From NCBI RefSeq assembly GCF_018977255.1, contig NW_024704742.1, positions 37,574,001 to 37,638,000 of the forward strand: a stretch of DNA of 64,000 nt. Direction: 5' to 3'. Position numbers and translations under genes: made by a program. Within the stretch, counting starts at the first letter, position 1. Each line of letters begins with the position of its first letter. The stretch is from Callorhinchus milii. Lineage: Eukaryota. Below the pieces are notes generated by a model, which saw only the letters and a program-made list of their open reading frames with translations, made no database searches and was not told where the DNA came from. This document shows positions 13,152 to 24,189 of this stretch, piece by piece.

Positions 13152-13669
13152 GTATGTGTTTTTTTATATGTAACTTGTGTGACAAACAGTTCACTTGTGC
13201 ATATTTCTTTCGAATCTAATCTTTCTCTCTTTCACCTCCCCCTCTCAACACTTTGGGACGTCCTGAATTGTATTGCGATCAATAAAACAACATAATTTTT
13301 CACGTATTTCCCTCCTTTCACATAAAACGTCTCAAGCACTTTACAGTGTCTGAGGAGAAGGCCAAGGTAGGTAGGGGGGAGGCAGTTTTTGAAAGTAGGG
13401 AGGGAGGGGTTAAGGTGGAGGGATTTTAGAGGAATTCCAGAGAGCGGGCCATGTGACTTAAGTTAGACTGTGGGGGAAGAGCGGCTTAGTGGAGTCTGAG
13501 CCAGTCCTCCCTCGAGAGTGTGGGGCTTGTTTTGCCACAACTGCTCAGTTCCTTGTCTAAACTGAACTGCAAAACTACAGTACCTATCTGTGGGTGGTTT
13601 GGGGGTGGGGGTTGGCGGTGGAGAAGAATAGAAGGTGGAAATGACGTTGTCTAAACTGAAACCCTGCTT

Positions 13670-14172
13670 GTTGGCCTTCCCAACTCTTCCTCCATAAGTT
13701 GCAGATCATACAGAGCTCTGGAGCTCGTCCTCTCTTGCACCAATCTCTCTGACCCTCGTTCAGCTCCACTGGCTCCTATCCCCCAGAGGATAGAGTTCAA
13801 AATCGTCGTCCTTGCCTTCAAAGTCCTCCACGGCTTTGCTTCTCTTTACTTCTGACCTGCTAACTCCATGAAGACCTGTCCGTTACCTCCACTTAGAGTC
13901 TCTGGCCTGCTCCATGTAACCGGCCCTCCCAGTTCCCACCCTTTGGAAATCCATCCCACAGTTGCTTTGACTCGCTACCTCCCTTGCCTCCTTCAAGGTC
14001 CATCTCAAGGCCCTCTTTGACTGAGCCTTCAGTCACCCTCCTACCCCTATCCTCCCTGCTCACAATCCCTCCTGATCCCAGCCCCCAGTTTGGGTCCAAA
14101 TTCCTGAGCATCCAGCACCTTGGGACATCCTCCCGACATGAATGGCGCTGTACAAATGTAATTTGTTGTTGT
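13670..14172 (+). mobile_element. L2 LINE 3' fragment
   Basis: LHKLQII...LHWLL..RIEFKI; ends with the L2 stem-loop and (gtt)n. Confidence 0.8.
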
Positions 14173-14215
14173 CATCTGTTTTCAGCACTAATTGTTAAAA
14201 TTTCTTGGGTTACAG

Positions 14216-14300
14216 AGGGGAGCTGCTGTCACTGAGGGATATAGAGAAGCTCCATAAAAAGCCTAAATCGGACAAAGAAACTCGACTTGCAACAGCAATG
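14216..14300 (+). CDS. SDAD1: SDAD1 exon
   Basis: tacag|...|gtaaga; (K)[28 protein letters not shown]. Confidence 0.96.
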
Positions 14301-14479
14301 GTAAGAGCCTGGTGCTTAAGTAATGTTCTCCAAGTTTCCTGGTGAATAATTCTTGGTCAGTCATCAAATGGCTCTTTGAGGCTGTAAAATGGCTGCCGTC
14401 TTTGCAACATGGTTTACAGTAAAAATGTTTTGATGCTTCAACGTGACGAGGCTGTAAAAAAGCACATTCTTTCTTTCAG

Positions 14480-14641
14480 GCAGGGAAGACGGAGAAAAGT
14501 GAATTTACAAAAAAGAGGAGCAAGTTGAATCCATTTGCAAGCACAACAAACCAGGACAAGAAGAAGAAAAAGAACTTCATGATGATGAGATACAGTCACA
14601 ATGTCAGATCAAAAGGCAAACGCTCTTTCAGGGAGAAGCAG
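14480..14641 (+). CDS. SDAD1: SDAD1 exon
   Basis: ttcag|...|gtaaat; [54 protein letters not shown]. Confidence 0.96.
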
Positions 14642-15654
14642 GTAAATATTATTTCACTGCTTATATATTGGACAGTTGTTTCTTCAATGTATGGTCTGGG
14701 AATGGGGATTAAAGGTAAAGTCTGCACAGAAAGCTGTTGCTGATTTTAATGATGTGCAATGGTTTGTCATGCCTGTGGCTCATTCATCTGCAATTGGTGA
14801 TGGATTGTATAGCATTGTAATCCTACCAACAATTGTTGCTGATTTAACCCTAAACCTAGCCCTAAAGTTAGTTGAGTGAGGTGCTTTGAGACATCTTCCT
14901 GACATGAAAGGTATTATATAAATTGTAATGCAATTGTGTCCTTTCTGTGACTCATTTGTGTGGTGAAATTCACAGAATAGTTACATTATGTGTGAAATTT
15001 TCATTTCCTGTTAGCAGGGTGAAATGTTGGGCAAGTTTCCTTACTCCACATGCCTCTGTTTTCCTAGCGGTGAGTGGGAGCCCCGTTATTAGTCAATTGG
15101 CGGATTTCTGGGGGTAATAATTTGTCAAAATAATAATAATAATAAATGAGTCACTCAATCCACGACTGTTTGTGGAACACTGCTGTGTGCGGTTGGCTGC
15201 TGTATTTCGCCCACAAAATATAGTCAATTCACTTTGCAGTATATTCTGTAAAGTGCTTTGAGACTTCTCGAAGATGTGATAAGGTGCTATATCAAATGCA
15301 AGGATTATTAGATAATTATCTAGTAGTTGTTTTTGGCCTCCTGCTAGAATTTATGCACCTGAACATTGTGTTCAGTCTCCAGTGTTCTGCCACCATTTTC
15401 AGTTAGCTCCAAAGAGGCGCTTAAGATAAGCTTTGTGTACACTTGAATTTCATTTGACTAAAAGAAAGGGTAGGGAAAAACTTGAAACTTGAAGCTTATT
15501 TTCAGCATTCTCAAAACCACATTGATTTATGGTGAACCCACAGTGTGGATAAGGTGTTGGTATGTGTAAAATTACCGCTGCCTTGAAACTTAACGTTATA
15601 CAAATACAACACGAGGCAGTTGATTCACTTAGAATTTCCTTTTCCTTTTGACAG

Positions 15655-15699
15655 ATTGCTCTACGGGATGCTCTCTTAAAAAAGAAGAAGTCAAAGTAA
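15655..15699 (+). CDS. SDAD1: SDAD1 terminal coding exon
   Basis: gacag|IALRDALLKKKKSK-TAA. Confidence 0.95.
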   Translation: MALRDALLKKKKSK

Positions 15700-16190
15700 A
15701 TCTGAGGAAGATACTGGACACTTGCTATCTTCCATCATCTGCCAAAAAGTGGAGTTTAGTTCAAGCATGTCACAGAGCAATGAAAACAACTCTTTTTGGA
15801 GGGGGCGACCAATGTGCTTCTGATTTTTCCTCCAACCACCAATCCCGCCCCCGCCTGCCCACACACATCTGTAAGCTTGGAAACTGGTTACATTGTGCAA
15901 TATTGGATTTTGCTGATGTAGCTTTACAAACTCAACTGCACCCCCATTGTTGGACTTCCCCTCATCGCCACACTCAGGATTTCCAGCTCCTTTCTACTCC
16001 CAATCACAACGAAGAAGCTGCAAAGGAAAACTTCAGAAGTGAAGTTTCCACATTGACACACGACAGCGGTGTGCAGCACACATTTGTGAAGACTTACGGT
16101 CACCTGTTTGCTATGATTAATTGTTGTCCTGACATGAAAGGCGCTATATGAATATAATTTGTTTTTGCTGTACATGAACTGAACTTTGAA

Positions 16191-16196
16191 ATTAAA
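16191..16196 (+). terminator. Candidate SDAD1 polyadenylation signal
   Basis: ATTAAA ~490 nt after the stop, preceded by TGTA and followed by T-rich sequence. Confidence 0.55.
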
Positions 16197-16709
16197 ATGG
16201 TTTTATTCATGCAAAATCTCAGTGAGCGTTGCAGTCAGTACTCACTATTTGGTCACAGTAGAAATGAAGCAGCTTCACAACTTTTGATGTACTTTAAAGA
16301 GATAGAGACACACAGGCTGTTGGGAAGCAAATGCTATGTTCTTGTGCAGTATCAAGGTATAAATCGTTTCAAGATGAAACCCCTCATGAATAGATGTAGA
16401 GTCTCACTGATTGTTACTGAAGTTTATAAAGAATTCTTAGTGGACTCTGAGCTGGCTGCCTCTGATGGTCTAGTGCAAGGGTTTTCCACGGGGAGTACGT
16501 ATACTCCTGGTGTACTTCTAAGGGTCAAAGTGGGTACATGCGGGGGATGTGCTGTGTTGGTGGCTGGCTACAGTATGCAGGGAGGGAGTGGGCATGATGG
16601 CGTGGGTCGTGGGATGACATGTCGGCCTTTTGGATTGGTGGCGGGCGCTTGGAGGAGTTGAAGTGGATGCAGGTTGTCTCCAGCCTCTGGTTACGCTAAC
16701 ACCAATTCC

Positions 16710-17078
16710 TCCTGTAGCTCAGGGGTCAGAGCACTCGCCTCGCAAGTTAGAGACCTGGGTTTGATTGCTGGGCGGGGTGAAACCTTGGGCAAGTTTCCTT
16801 ACTCCACACGCTTTTGTTTACGTAGCAGTGAATAGGAACCCAGCTGTAGTCGATTGGCAGATCGCATTTCCGGGAGTAATAATCCCTTTTAAAAAAATAA
16901 TAATAATTTGGTCACTCAATCCACGACTATGGGATACTCCTTGGGCACAAGTGGCTTGCGCATATTTCCCACAAAAATAAACAATCAATCCACTTTACAA
17001 TATATTCTGTGAAGTGCTCAGGTGTCTCAACGACGTGATAAGGCGCATCATCAAACGCGAGTATTATTATTTATTATT
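16710..17078 (+). mobile_element. tRNA-head SINE with Deu-like core and L2-type tail
   Basis: tcctgtagctcag..agagcactcgcc A-box head, B-box-like ggtttgatt, tail ending (tta)n; same family as 39424-39755 and 46577-46885. Confidence 0.85.
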
Positions 17079-17299
17079 CCGTGACACTGCTTCAAACCCC
17101 TGGATGGGTGAAGTTTGAGAAGTTGGGTTGCACAGCTGTCTTCACGTTGACCTCCTCCCAGTGACGAGGTTTCTCTGTAGTCGGTGTATGGCGGGAAAAG
17201 TTCTGAACGAGGAGAATCGTGAACTCCCCGAAGCTCCGACTAGCCAGCCGGCCGGCCTGCGGCATGAGAATACCCTGAGCTGTTTGCACTCTGCTGGCT

Positions 17300-17624
17300 G
17301 GGATGTACTGCAAGGGAATCGCCCACGGCCCCCTCCCTACCCCCCAGGAAGCCCTTTCCTGGTGACCCATAAGTTTTCTTCATTGGCAGATTCCAAGTTT
17401 CGGGTGTGCATCATTGGCAATGGTTCTGCTGGTTTTTACATTGCACAGAACCTTCTCAAACTTCACAAATCGGTCATTGTTATCTGTGAGAAACTACCGC
17501 TCCCGTTTGGTCTTGTAAGATTGGCGTTGCACCTGACCATCCGGAGGTGAAGAAAATATTATCAATTCATTCATTCAGAGTAGACAATGTACCGTTATCA
17601 CTGCCCGCTTATGGAAATGTTACT
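17300..17624 (+). pseudogene. FDXR: Processed, 3'-truncated, frameshifted FDXR (NADPH:adrenodoxin oxidoreductase) fragment
   Basis: RVCIIGNGSAGFYIAQNLLK-LHKSVIVICEKLPLPFGLVR/(fs)[10 protein letters not shown]/(fs)NIINSFIQ...YGNVT versus recalled FDXR [58 protein letters not shown]; no introns. Confidence 0.9.
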
Positions 17625-18458
17625 CCACTTCACATAGAGTGTTTCCAAAGAGATTCACAAATACTGTCTCTTGATTCTGTGCATCCAAAGAACTGCAAGT
17701 CAAAGTTTTAAGAATTATTGTTTGGTATTCTGTCCAAATCAACAGTTTACCATTTATATATCAAATAATGGGAAAAAATAAAGTAGGCAGATTATTTAGT
17801 AGAGGGGAAAAGGTTGAAAAACACTGGTCTACTGGATATTGAGTCTAGCTCCCTCTGCTGGTCTAAGAAGGTAATGGTTAGTGGATTTCAACTAGGACAG
17901 CAGTTGACTGACTCCGAGCCGGGGGGAGGGGGAGGTGGCTATGAGCACGGACAAAGAGGAAAGTTTTCAGGTGGGACTTGAAAGAGGGGAGAGAGAGGCC
18001 AAGGCGAACGGATTGAGGGAGAGCGTTCCAGAGTTTTGGGGTGTAGTGGCTGAAAGCGCGACCTCCGATGGTGGGGCAGAGGGTGCGAGGGAGGTAGGGA
18101 GGTGCCAGGGAGTGAATGGATTTGAACCCGAGTCTGAGGTCTTGAAGTTGAATACTGCAGTTACTACAGATACTGCCATTTGGGAGAGGCAAATGGACCA
18201 TTCTTGAATGTAATTGGGAGATAGAATGGGTTGAATAAAGATCGTTTTAGGCTGTAAAGTGGATGATGGAGTGCGAGTCATGACTATCCTTTCACCATTC
18301 GGATCTGCCTGCAGGTCTTTTAACTGTAAAGGGTTGTAAGTGAAATGAGTTTGTGTGACTTCACAGCACACGAGTGCCCATAAATTGATGATGAATAATT
18401 GATAATCTTGAGAAGCCACAGGATGAGTGACATATATGAGAAATATCACAGTAGGAGA

Positions 18459-18548
18459 ATTGGCACATTATTGGCGGTTATTGGCACATTATTGGCGGTT
18501 ATTGCCACATTATTGGCAGTTATTAGCACATTATTGGCACATTATTGA
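18459..18548. repeat. Minisatellite with ~21-bp unit ttggcacattattggcggtta
   Basis: About 4 degenerate tandem copies visible. Confidence 0.85.
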
Positions 18549-19095
18549 GGTTGTATTTGGGATCTTGCTTTAGCAAATAATCTGTGCTGTATACCAGATT
18601 GTTACATTTTCAATCACTGACTTGCTTTGTCGTGAGCATCAAACGCACCCAACTATTAACAAATTTACATTTATATAGCGCACTTCACGTCAGGAGGACG
18701 TGCCAAGGTGCTTGACAGTCCTAGTGTGGCACCTGGGGTGGGGGTGGGAGTTGAGGGAGGTGGACAGAGGGAGGGGTGGGTGGGTGGTGGAGGCTAGAAG
18801 AGGACCATCAAAAAGGAAGAGGAAATAAATGAATACTTATGTTTACGTACTATTTTAAGTCACGTTTTCCTTCTGTTATCTGTTGTCTTTTAAGAATTGA
18901 AATGTACAGTTTTTTTTAAACATGACATTCGAAGGGTAACTTGGATAGATGGCATACATATATGGAACCCTCAGCCTGGTTTGTATACTCTCAAGCATGT
19001 TGATGGGTTTCCACATGTATCAGAAACATAACTGACAATAAAATACACATGAAACCTCCTTCCACCATTTTATCATAGCCCACAAAATCTACAGT

Positions 19096-22000
19096 CATAG
19101 AATCATACAGCACAGAAAGAGGCCATTTGGCCCATCATGTCTGCGCCAGCTCCGAAAAGAGCAATCCAACTCAATCCCACTGGACTGCTTTCTCTCCATA
19201 GCCCTGCAATCCTGTCCTCCCCAAATACCCATCTACTTCTCTCTTAAAAGTTGTTATTGAATCGGCTTCCACTACCCTTTCCGGCAATGCATTCCAGATC
19301 CAAAGAAATCGCTGAGTGAAAGAATTTTTCCTAACCTCCCTTCTGTTTCTTTTAACAACTATCTTAAATCGGTGTCCTCGGGTTATTGACCCACATGCCA
19401 GTGGAAACGTTTTTTCTCAGTTCAACCTATCAAATCCTCTCATGATCTTGAAAACTTCTATTGAATCCTCTCTTAATCTTCTCTGCTCCAGGGAGAATAA
19501 TCCTAGCTTTGCTAAACTCTCCTGATAACTAAGATCCTTCAATCCTGGTACCATCCTGGTAAACCTCCTTTGCACCCTCTTCAATGCCTTAACATCTTTC
19601 CTAAAGTGCGGTGCCCAGAACTGAACACAGTACTCCAACTGAGGCTTAACCAGCATTTTATAAATATTCAACATAACCTCCTGACTTTTGAATTCTATGC
19701 CCCTATTTATAAAAGCATCCCGTACTATTTTTTAATAGCTTTATCTACCTGATAAAGAGATAGCTTTATCTCTGCCACCTTCAGAGATTTGCTTATGTGG
19801 ACCCCCAGGTCTCTGTTCATTTCCCCTCTTTAAGATTGTACCATCAGCTTATTTGACCTCTCCTCATTTTTCCAACCAAACACTTCATACTTCTCCACAT
19901 TAGACCTCATCTGCCACGTTTCTGCCCATTTTACCAATCTGTCTAAGTCCTCTTGGAGTCTGGTGCTATCCTCCTCACCATTAACTACTTTTCCTAGCTT
20001 AGTATCGTCTGCAAATTTGGAAATTATGCTCCCTGAACTCTGCAGCCCGTGTTCTCTCCCACACTAGGCTCTGTGACCCTATCACCTCCATCCTTGCCCA
20101 ACTCCACTGGCTTCCCATCACACAGTTCAAGATCCTGGTCCTCACTTTCAAAGCCATGCATGATTTTGCTCCCTCCTACCTCTCCGACCTCCTAACCCCC
20201 GACCATCCTGTTCGCTCCCTCCACTCAGCGGGCTCCGGCCTGCTTCACGTCTCCCGCCTCACTCGCCCACTATTGACGGCCGGGCCTTCCGCCATTCTGC
20301 ACCCACCCTCTGGAACTCCATCCTGCAGTCACTCCGTCTCACCTCCTCCCTCGCCACCATCAAGTCCCACCTTAAGACCTTCCTCTTCGATCGTGCTTTC
20401 GATCTCCCTGCTTCCCCCTCTGCCCTCCCCCTCCCCCACCCCGATCCTCAGCTCGGGTCCGAAACTCTGTCTGTCCAGTGCCTTGGAATGTCCTCTCAAC
20501 GTGAAAGGCGTTATACAAATGTAATTTTGTTGTTGTTGTGGTTCTATTTTGTTTATAAGTCTCTTATGTGGCACTTTGTCAAATGCCTTTTGAAAATCTA
20601 GATAAGCTACGTACATCCGGAAAAAAACCTTCCCTGGACCCATCCCTCCTCTCCAGCTACCGCCCCATCTCTAACCTCCCATTCCTCTCCAAGGTCCTTG
20701 AACGAGTCATTGCGTCCCAGCTCCGCTCCTTTCTCTCTCACCATTCCCTCTTTGAACCCCTCCAATCCGGCTTCCCCCACAGCACAAAAACAGCCCTGGT
20801 CAAAGTCAGAATGACATTCTGGACATCTGTGATCAGGGCTCCCTCTGCCTCCTTGTCCTCCTCGACCTCTCTGCGCCTTTGACGTTGTCAACCACTCCAT
20901 CCTCATCCACTTTACTCAATCTTCACGGACCTGCCCTTGCCTGGTTCGATTCCTATCTCTCTCACTGTCTCCACTTTGTTGCCTCTAACGGTTTCTCCTC
21001 CAGCCCCCGCACTGTCACATCTGGCGTCCCCCAGGGCTGTCCTTGGTCCTCTCCTCTTTAATATCTATATGCTCCCCCTTGGTGACATCATCCGCAGACA
21101 TGGGGTCAACTTCCCACACCCAACTCTATCTTTCTGCCTCCACCCTAAACTCCAGGACCACTGCTGTCCTGACAGACTGTCTGTCGGACATCAAGTCCTG
21201 GATGAGGGCAAATTTCCTACAGTTGAATGTGTACTCACTTCAACAAAAAATTCTGTTAGGTTTGTCAGACATGATCTGCCTTTAACAAATCCATGTTGAC
21301 TGTCCTTTAGTAACCCATATTTTTCTAAGTGAGAATTTATATTGGCCCGGATTACATTCTCCAGAAGTTTCCCTGCTACTAATGTTAGGCTGGTTGGCCT
21401 GTAGTTTCCAGGTTTATCCTTCTGCCCCTTTTTGTACAGGGGAGTAACATTTGCAAGTTTAAAGCCCTCTGGCACCACTCCAGTGTCCAAAGAGGATTGA
21501 AAGATTATGGCTAGAGCCTCTGCTATTTCCATCCTTGCTTCCCTCAATCACCTAGGATGCATCCCGTCCGGACCAGGTGACTTATCTCACCAACAGACAG
21601 CCTTTTTAGTACTTCCCCCCCGTTGATTTTTATCATATCCAATTTCTGTTCACATGCCTGCCATATTGTGGCATTGGTTGCATTGTCTTCTTTTGTGAAG
21701 ACAGTTGCAAAGTACTTATTTAGTAGATCAGCCATGCCCTCTGCCTCAACAAGAAGATTTCCCCTTGGTCCCTAATTGGACCCATCCTACCTTTGACTAA
21801 CCTTTTACTCTTGATATAATAATAATAATAATAATAATAATCCTTGCATTTGATATGCTTATAAATACCTTAGAGTTCCCTTTTATGTTTCCTGCTAATC
21901 TCGTCTCGTGCAATCTCCTCACCCCTCTTATTTCCCTTTTCACTTCTCCTCTGTACTTCCTATATTCTATTTGATTATCCTGTGTGTTTTGGACCTGACA

Positions 22001-23110
22001 TTTGTCATAAGTTTTTGGACCCTCTAACACATTGTCCTTTTCCAGGACCATGAGTATTGACACCCCTCCTCCTTTTTTCCCTTCCCTGTAGCCAGAAATA
22101 TTCAGCTCCCATTCCTGTCCAAGTCTCTGTAATTGCCACTACATCATAACCCCATGTGGCAACTTGCAGCTCACCAAGCTTGTTGGTCACGCTCCATGCA
22201 TTTACTCACATGCACTCCAAGATCGGCTTAATCTGCTCTACATTTCTCCCCTGTCTCTTTCCACTTTTTGCTGGACTATTCCTTGTTTCATTTCTATTTG
22301 TCGCTCCTCGTCCACTATGTAACTCGTTTCCCCTCCCTGATGCTACATTCTGATCCCCATTCCCCCTCAAAATCAGTTTAAACGCTTCTCCACAGCATTT
22401 GTTATACTTGTTGCGATGACATTGGTCCCAGGCCTGCTCAGGTGTAACCCATCCCTTGTGTACAGGTCCCATCTGCCCCAGAAGTGGTCCCAGTGGTTTA
22501 AAAATTTGAAGCCCTCCTTCCTGCACCATTTCTCCAGCCAGGCACTCATGTGTTTGATCCTCCCAGTTTGGTATTCATTTGCATAGGGCACTGGGAGTAA
22601 TCCCGAGATCACCACCATTGAGGTCCTGCTTCTTAGCTTCTTCCCAAACTTCGGATATTCTCTGTGTAGGGTCTCAGCCCTTTTATCATCTAGATCATGA
22701 ATCCCGACATGGACCACAACTTCTGGATTTTCCCCTTCCCCTTCCTCAGTATATTTTGCACCCGTTCTGTGATGTCATGCACCCTGGCCCCAGGGAGACA
22801 GCGTACCCGTCTTTTATGGCAGAAAGGCCTGTGTATCCCTTTAACTGTTGTATCCCCGATAACAACAGCGTTAGCGTTTTTCCCCTTGTCCCCCTGAACA
22901 TCCATTACCTTTTGACTCTTCTCGCCAGAGGCGTCCTCACCGGTATCCAGTACCGCGAACTGGTTTGTGAGTGCCACACTCTTAAGGAATTTCTGTACTG
23001 CCTGTTCTTTTTTTGCTCTACGTCAGATGGTCACCCACTCTCCCTTCTTCTGAGCCCTCTGTGTAGCTGGGGTGACCACCTCCTGAACTCTCTGTGGCTG
23101 TGGGGTGACT
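19096..23110 (-). mobile_element. Internally deleted CR1 LINE including ORF1 SGNH-esterase and ORF2 EN/RT remnants
   Basis: ORF1: VVIGDT..CLPGARV..VHVGIHD..VISGLLPVP..DGLHL; ORF2: YDVVAITETW, PGNYRPTSLT, QHGFVKGRSCLTNL, YLDFQKAFDKVPH, QLEYCVQFWAPH; interrupted by L2 pieces at ~20035-20540 and ~20620-21230. Confidence 0.92.
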
Positions 23111-24189
23111 ACCTCCTGATAAAGTCAATTTGCTTGATAGTATATTTTGTGAAGTGCTTCGAGGCATCTCAAAGACATGATAAGGCGCTATATCAAATGC
23201 AAGAATTATTATTATTATTATTATGGCAGATATTTTAACCTAATTTTCCCTGTGTTCATATTCTTACTAACCTCTGTCATTTGCCCTGGGACCAATGCCA
23301 GTGAGCTATTGATTTTGTGGTCTTTCATCGCGCCACCCTGAACAAAAAAAGTTGAAACTTCTGACATTAGATAATAATAATAATCTTGTGTTTTAAATTG
23401 CATTTGATATAGATGTTCCATGATATTAAGCGCTGAGGCAAGATGAGAACTGATGTTTATCAAACTGACTGGTGGGTGTCACACTGTCAATCCACAACGT
23501 GCTTTCTTTACTGCTGCACTGTTAGACTGCTGTCAAAAAGCATTACTAAAATAATACTTGAGAGGAGTTGCCTTTTAATGTAATTCCCATTGTGCTGGTT
23601 AATCTCTAACCTGTAAAGCCAGACAACGTTTGAAATACAATTTTCTGGTCTGTCCCATAATTAGTCTTGTCAGGACTCAAGATTGGATCCACCAATTGCA
23701 CTTAATTTGTGTAACTGAAATCCTTTTACACTTGTAATTTAGTTCCTGTTTTGACAGGCCTTGATCTGAATGGTGTGGGATTCTGTTTGATATTTGGTAA
23801 TGTGAGCGTTTGCACAACAGCAACAAGCTTGTGTTTTAAATTGCTCTGACACCCGTGCCGGTAAATTATTGCTGCTGGCATCTCCCCACTTGGTGGGTGG
23901 GAGTGTTTAGAATTGCTGGAATGCATCCCCCCCACCCACCCAGATTTCCTAGTTTACATTAAAATTTAACTCCTTATTAGTTTTAGTTCACAGTCAAGGG
24001 TTAGTGTCAGGAAGTTTAGGCAACACAACTGTCCGGGCAAATGCCCTTTTTCCCCAGTGTCATTGCCAGAAACAGGAACGCTAGCTGTTGTATAGTATAA
24101 TATATTTTTATATTAATTAGTGTATTTGATATAGCACTTTTACGTGAGGAGAACATCTCGGAGCACGTCACAGAATTTACAGTAAAGCA

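Larger units (their letters stand above)
16476..17826. mobile_element. Non-autonomous hAT (Charlie-like) DNA element carrying a SINE and an FDXR fragment
   Basis: Left end caagggttttccac; right end reverse complement cagtgtttttcaac (10/14 match); flanks gtctagtg (16468-16475) / gtctactg (17827-17834), a 7/8 matching 8-bp TSD. Confidence 0.6.

Noticed and set aside
15648..16151. 167-aa ORF overlapping the SDAD1 last exon
   Set aside because: Out of frame with SDAD1, non-ATG start, runs through the 3' UTR and a decayed L2 tail; no recognisable domain.
17967..18449. 160-aa minus-strand ORF, about 100 codons in unique sequence
   Set aside because: The C-terminal part is L2 and I recognise no homolog or clear splice sites for the rest; a BLASTX would settle it.
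18459..18548. Regularly spaced short repeats resembling a CRISPR array
   Set aside because: No unique spacers; simple minisatellite in eukaryotic DNA with no cas genes.
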